This document shows, one piece after another, positions 59,341 to 64,000 of a stretch of 64,000 nt of DNA. This stretch comes from an uncultured virus (IMG/VR IMGVR_UViG_3300026116_000007). Lineage: Duplodnaviria > Heunggongvirae > Uroviricota > Caudoviricetes. Both the position numbers and the translations under genes were made by a program. Below the pieces are notes generated by a model that was not told the origin of the DNA, searched no databases, and saw nothing but the letters and a program-made list of their open reading frames with translations. The first letter of the stretch is position 1. The number at the start of each line of letters is the position of its first letter. Where the stretch lies: the IMG/VR virus record IMGVR_UViG_3300026116_000007; one strand, written 5' to 3'.

Positions 59341-60308
59341 GAACAATCCTCTACTCTACATGGGAGCCAGGACTTACCGGTAATACAAAAAGTTCTGGTG
59401 GTGGAGCTGCATGGACAAAGTATCTCTGGGGTTTCCTTGAAACAAATGGGTATAGCATTGTTGCTCCAGGGATAACTAATCCAGACTCAGTCGAACCAAC
59501 CCAACCTGTTGATGCAGCCATTTTCTGTTGGAGATGGTTGTTACCAGATGCTCCTCAATATAAGGAGCGGAACCTTTTGTATGATAGACAAAATTATCTG
59601 ATTGGCTGGTGCTTTGAAAATGCAATACCAGTCGTCATACATGACCAGGACTTGAAGATGCTTTCCGTTGAGCGTGAGTGGCTGAAGAAAAATGGAGCCA
59701 TCATCGCTACTCCATCTTTATTTCCTGAGACTGGAGAAATCTCTTTACACTTTCCAAATCCATACGAGTTTGAACCACTCATTCAGGGCTCAACTGGTCT
59801 AACCTACATTGGGAACAATTATGAAAGACTTGACCAAACATTCAAGTTGATTGAGCCCTTTGCACATGAAGTCCACACAACCTTCTATGGAAATTGGATT
59901 GAGCCAGGTTATGATAGGGACCCAAGTGTGATAAAAGGGTTACTACCAAATGTTCATTTTATGGGTAGACTTCCACAGGAGGATGTTATCACCACATTGA
60001 GAAAAGCAAAAGCGACGGTGATGCTCCATAAGCCTGAATATGGACCGCGTGGATTTGTTACCATTAGATGGGCTGAGGCAGCATCTGCAGGTGTCCTCCC
60101 GTTTATCCCAGCTGAGTTCAATCTACCAAATCAATATATCTATTCATTGAGCAGGCTGCGTGTCTCTGAGAGTGCCGAGATGCTAGAGGCCTATAATCAG
60201 ATAGGAGAAAACGAACGCAAAAAACTGATATATCAATTACGGCGATTTGTCGTTCACTATATGTCCCCAGTTCCTTGGATAAAACTTTTAGAAAGGATAA
60301 TCGTATGA
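59337..60308 (+). CDS. GT-B glycosyltransferase (probable DNA base glycosyltransferase)
   Basis: HDQD, YIGNNYER, YGNW, HFMGR, GFVTIRWAE; between kinase and TS homolog. Confidence 0.7.
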   Translation: MRTILYSTWEPGLTGNTKSSGGGAAWTKYLWGFLETNGYSIVAPGITNPDSVEPTQPVDAAIFCWRWLLPDAPQYKERNLLYDRQNYLIGWCFENAIPVVIHDQDLKMLSVEREWLKKNGAIIATPSLFPETGEISLHFPNPYEFEPLIQGSTGLTYIGNNYERLDQTFKLIEPFAHEVHTTFYGNWIEPGYDRDPSVIKGLLPNVHFMGRLPQEDVITTLRKAKATVMLHKPEYGPRGFVTIRWAEAASAGVLPFIPAEFNLPNQYIYSLSRLRVSESAEMLEAYNQIGENERKKLIYQLRRFVVHYMSPVPWIKLLERIIV

Positions 60309-61219
60309 CAAACTTTTCACCTAAAGACCTGTCCTATTTTATTCAGGACATCGAAGAGTGGGGAGCGAAGGTTGACTCAGAGAGAGGTGCCACACGAGAA
60401 GTTGAGAATGAAGTTCTCTCTATGAATAATCCTCTTGACCGCGTATGTACTGAAGAGTGGCGAAAAATGAACATTGGCTTTGCCATCACTGATGCAATTC
60501 AGCACATTGTAGGAGATGACTCACTTGCTCCCCTCACTCAGTTCGTTCCTGGCTTTTCAAAATATTCTACTAATGGTAGGACAATTGATGGAGCTTATGG
60601 CAAACGTTTTCATGCTAACGAGCAGCTCGATAAAATCATCATGATGCTAAGGAAAGACCCAATGACAAGACGAGCTGTTCTTTCAGTCTATATGGGTCCA
60701 GTTGACCTCTGGGGTGGTGGTGGTCTGAATACTCCATGCACCCTCAATTTTCATTTTCTTGTTCGTGATGAAAAGCTGAACATGAAGGTGATGATGAGGT
60801 CTAATGACGTAATCCTTGGTCTCACAAATGACGTATTCACATTCACCATGCTTCATGAGTATATTTCATCTCATGTAGAAATACCAATTGGTGATTACAC
60901 TCACTTTGCTTCTTCACTTCATCTCTACGAGAGTGACCTCAGTAAGTATAAACCCATTCATGGAGGTCATTGGAATAAGGTCATGCATGCGATGCCTTTC
61001 AAATGGGACCCAAAACCTCTCTATGATGCTCTCATTCATCTCAATGTTACCTTATTTGAAGATGCATGTTCCAAAACATTTTCAACACACTATGACCAAG
61101 ACCTTTACTTTGCATCAGCAGTTGTCTTCTACAGAAAACAAGACGGAGTCCGTGAGATGTGGCAATCAATTGGTGATGAGACTCTCAAACGAGTAGCTGG
61201 CTTCTGGATAGGAGAATGA
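60305..61219 (+). CDS. Thymidylate-synthase-family enzyme, dCMP hydroxymethylase-like
   Basis: GAYG.R, TRRA, PCT, MRSNDVILGLTNDVFTF, SLHLYE; Asp rather than Asn at the specificity position. Confidence 0.85.
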   Translation: MTNFSPKDLSYFIQDIEEWGAKVDSERGATREVENEVLSMNNPLDRVCTEEWRKMNIGFAITDAIQHIVGDDSLAPLTQFVPGFSKYSTNGRTIDGAYGKRFHANEQLDKIIMMLRKDPMTRRAVLSVYMGPVDLWGGGGLNTPCTLNFHFLVRDEKLNMKVMMRSNDVILGLTNDVFTFTMLHEYISSHVEIPIGDYTHFASSLHLYESDLSKYKPIHGGHWNKVMHAMPFKWDPKPLYDALIHLNVTLFEDACSKTFSTHYDQDLYFASAVVFYRKQDGVREMWQSIGDETLKRVAGFWIGE

Positions 61220-61749
61220 AAATGAAATGGATGATTAATCCACCTGAGCGTCCATCAACTTGGATTGCTCCAACAGCTGAGCTCCCTCCCTTCATGCAGC
61301 GAAGATTGCGAAATCCTCATAAGCGAACAAGAGAGGGAACTTTTCTTTATACCCACCCCTATATCAACTATTTAGAAAGGATGGTCCTCTGGGCTCGTAA
61401 TGAGCACAACGCAGAATTTCATTATGCCGCTGACCACAACATGACCACTCTCATTCGTAGTTTGAGAAAGTTTGGTCCAGAATATATCTTGGCAATGCAT
61501 GAGGATTTTGCTAGTATGGTCGAGATGATGACCCCTGAAATGTGGGACCTACTCGACAGACGAATGAGAGACCACCTCACAGCAGCCTTTGAGGTAGCCA
61601 AGCGAATGGGAATTGTAAGACCAACTATTCCAGTTGAGAAAGCAATCAAAATGCTCCAAGAGATGGAGCCACCTAAGAGGACAAGTCGTGAGATGGTCAA
61701 CTCAATCATCAATCACTTCATCCCTAAGGGTAGACAAGCAAGGAGATAA
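61216..61749 (+). CDS. Hypothetical protein
   Basis: Coupled ORF between TS homolog and polymerase. Confidence 0.6.
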   Translation: MKMKWMINPPERPSTWIAPTAELPPFMQRRLRNPHKRTREGTFLYTHPYINYLERMVLWARNEHNAEFHYAADHNMTTLIRSLRKFGPEYILAMHEDFASMVEMMTPEMWDLLDRRMRDHLTAAFEVAKRMGIVRPTIPVEKAIKMLQEMEPPKRTSREMVNSIINHFIPKGRQARR

Positions 61750-61751
61750 AA

Positions 61752-64000
61752 ATGAAATTCACACATTTGCATACCCATTCGGATGCCTCGAAAGACGGTC
61801 TTCGAGAGGTGGGTCAACTTGTCAAAGCAGCCAAAGATTATGGGTTCGATGCTCTTGCACTTACGGACCATGGCAGCTTAGCCAACGCAGTATCATTTTC
61901 ATTAGAGTGTGAGGCTCAGGGAATAAAACCCATCATAGGTGTAGAAGCTTACATTGGATTTGATGGCAAAACTGGACACATCACTCTCCTTGGAAATGGC
62001 CAAAAGGGGTTGGAGAACCTCATTCGTCTCAACAATGTTGGGCATGCCTCACGTTTCAAACAGCCGGAGTTCCCAATTGATAATCTTCTTGCTGATTGCA
62101 AGGATATAATCTGTCTTAGTGGCTGCGTAGCAAGCCCATTCAATCAACTCCCATTCTCTGAGGCAGTCGCACTCACATCAAAATTCAAGCACGCATTTGG
62201 AAACCGATTCTTTATGGAAATGATGTTTGTTGCCGATACGGATACGTGGACACGGCCAATCAAATTGGCTGAACGTGCTAACATCCCCCTTGTGGTGACA
62301 AACGACGTTCACTTCCCACTACATGAAGACTCGACCATCCATGAGTTAGTAACTCAAATGAGGTCGGGTTTTTCTTATAATTCAAAAGAGCTTTGGCTCA
62401 AAAATCCTGACCAAATTTGGAAACGCGCCAAATCCGCAGTCAGTCTCGAGCGCTACAAATTATCATTAGCAAACACCTCGATGATTGTGAACAAAATTAA
62501 GCCAACCATCTTCGACGCAACCCCAACTCTTCCACATATCCCACATGCTCATGAAACTCTCGAGTCACTTGTAAAGAAGAGTGAGAGAACGAGTTTTGCT
62601 GGAGCAATGGGTAAATCCTACAATGAGCGTCTCTCATATGAGCTGAAGATTATCAAAGAGATGGACTATTCATCCTACTTCGTTATCCTCAACGACATTA
62701 TAGAGGCAGCCAAGAAGTTAGGTGCATACATTGGTCCAGGTCGTGGCAGTGGAGCAGGCTCTTTGGTTCTTTACTCATTGGGAATAACCGATATCAATCC
62801 CATGATTTACAACCTACCATTTGAACGATTTTTGAACCCAATGAGAAAAGGAATGCCAGATGTAGATGTTGACATCGACTCAAAACATCGTGATGAGGTT
62901 ATCAAGTATGTTTCCATAAGATGGCATGGTGTCCCAATTGGAACAGTTGTTCGCTACTCTCACAAGACGGCAGTCCATGATTTGGCCAAAGCATTCAAGG
63001 TTCCTCGACCTATTGAAAATGATATTGCAGAGAAAGGACCAACATGCATCGAAATGAAACGTGTCGTAGAGGAAATTCCTCAGTTCCAGCAAGCATACGA
63101 CACAATCATGGGTCAAATTAGGCACAGAGGACGTCATGCGGCTGGGGTCGTCATCACTGACAGGGCAGTTCCAATCGAAAGAGCAGCTGGTCATGACCTC
63201 GTTGCAGCATGGACTCAAGGAAGTCACGATGAAATGTCAAAAGCAGGGATTGTCAAATATGACCTATTAGGATTAGAAGCTCTCACAATTCTACAACTCC
63301 TTGAGAAGTGGAGTCCTAAGGAGAAAATCTACTCCAAGCTGCATGAAGACAATGACCCAGCTTTTGAACTTTTTCAAAAAGGTGATTTATCTGGTGTCTT
63401 CCAATTCTCTGGTAGTTACGGCATTCGCAACCTAACAATGAAGTTATCCCCTACAAGATTTGAAGACCTCGTAGCTCTCAATGCATTGTATCGGCCAGGG
63501 GCACTCGATGCTGGTACAGCTGATAAGTTTGTAGAGTGGAGGCATTCACCTCGCAAGGTTCCCTCAGTGATTGAGCCAATCCTCAAATCAACTTATGGAG
63601 CAATTGTCTATCAAGAACAAGTGATGGAGCTCTATAAGGTAATGACAAATGGGACCTATGCTGAAGCAGATAATATTCGTCGTATCATCGTCAAAGCTCA
63701 AGATAAATTTGATGACCCAATTTGGCAGGCTCAGTACAAGAAAGCAAAAGAGGATTTTCTCAATGGAGCAACTAAGTTCCACAAAATTCCAATTCAGATA
63801 GCTGAAAAGATATGGAATGAAATCTCCACACACTCACGTTACAGTTTCAATAAGGCTCATGCTACAGCCTATGCTCAAGTAGCTTGGCAAATGGCATGGT
63901 GGAAATATTATCATCCAGTGGAATTCTACGCAGCGATGATGAGCTCTGACCGTGAGAACTTGACTCAATACATTTTCGAGGTCATCAAGCGAGGGATAAA
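61752..64000 (+). CDS. dnaE: DNA polymerase III alpha subunit (family C), 3' truncated by window
   Basis: MKFTHLHTHS, LTDHG, PIIGVE, GRGSGAGS, FERFLNP, PDVDVD, HAAG, KYDLLGL, YQEQVM, YSFNKAH; AGGAG RBS. Confidence 0.95.
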   Translation, partial: MKFTHLHTHSDASKDGLREVGQLVKAAKDYGFDALALTDHGSLANAVSFSLECEAQGIKPIIGVEAYIGFDGKTGHITLLGNGQKGLENLIRLNNVGHASRFKQPEFPIDNLLADCKDIICLSGCVASPFNQLPFSEAVALTSKFKHAFGNRFFMEMMFVADTDTWTRPIKLAERANIPLVVTNDVHFPLHEDSTIHELVTQMRSGFSYNSKELWLKNPDQIWKRAKSAVSLERYKLSLANTSMIVNKIKPTIFDATPTLPHIPHAHETLESLVKKSERTSFAGAMGKSYNERLSYELKIIKEMDYSSYFVILNDIIEAAKKLGAYIGPGRGSGAGSLVLYSLGITDINPMIYNLPFERFLNPMRKGMPDVDVDIDSKHRDEVIKYVSIRWHGVPIGTVVRYSHKTAVHDLAKAFKVPRPIENDIAEKGPTCIEMKRVVEEIPQFQQAYDTIMGQIRHRGRHAAGVVITDRAVPIERAAGHDLVAAWTQGSHDEMSKAGIVKYDLLGLEALTILQLLEKWSPKEKIYSKLHEDNDPAFELFQKGDLSGVFQFSGSYGIRNLTMKLSPTRFEDLVALNALYRPGALDAGTADKFVEWRHSPRKVPSVIEPILKSTYGAIVYQEQVMELYKVMTNGTYAEADNIRRIIVKAQDKFDDPIWQAQYKKAKEDFLNGATKFHKIPIQIAEKIWNEISTHSRYSFNKAHATAYAQVAWQMAWWKYYHPVEFYAAMMSSDRENLTQYIFEVIKRGI

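Overview
A 64 kb section of a tailed dsDNA phage with siphovirus-like architecture, probably most of a circularly permuted genome. The window opens inside a DnaB-like helicase and ends inside a DnaE-type polymerase (61752 to the end, absent from the supplied ORF track). The minus strand (about 5-38.7 kb) carries the late module: terminase, Mu-like portal, MuF-like protein, protease/scaffold, Mu gpT-like capsid, tail genes with a -1 frameshift chaperone, tape measure, tailspike, GH25 endolysin and holin-like genes. The plus strand (41-64 kb and 0-4.6 kb) carries replication and nucleotide genes. GAAC-N4-GTTC SOS boxes and no obvious spanins suggest a monoderm host such as Chloroflexota (inference only). 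The most striking feature is an array of six tandem genes (24.8-31.0 kb) in the head module. It holds eight copies of a conserved tag, [ED][LF]GGxGSG-x(2-5)-[GD]HxGRxGxVGGS, each followed by a toxin-like enzyme domain (six ADP-ribosyltransferase-like, one zinc protease, one nucleotidyltransferase), and may be a virion-packaged effector system. Other highlights: a probable cytosine-hypermodification operon with a pyranose-to-furanose mutase-like gene, a REC-HD-GYP cyclic-dinucleotide phosphodiesterase in the lysis cassette, a tRNA-like RNA with an extended anticodon arm, two copies of a pseudoknotted ncRNA, and a LexA-DBD-only protein with SOS boxes. All calls come from motif reading; no searches were run.
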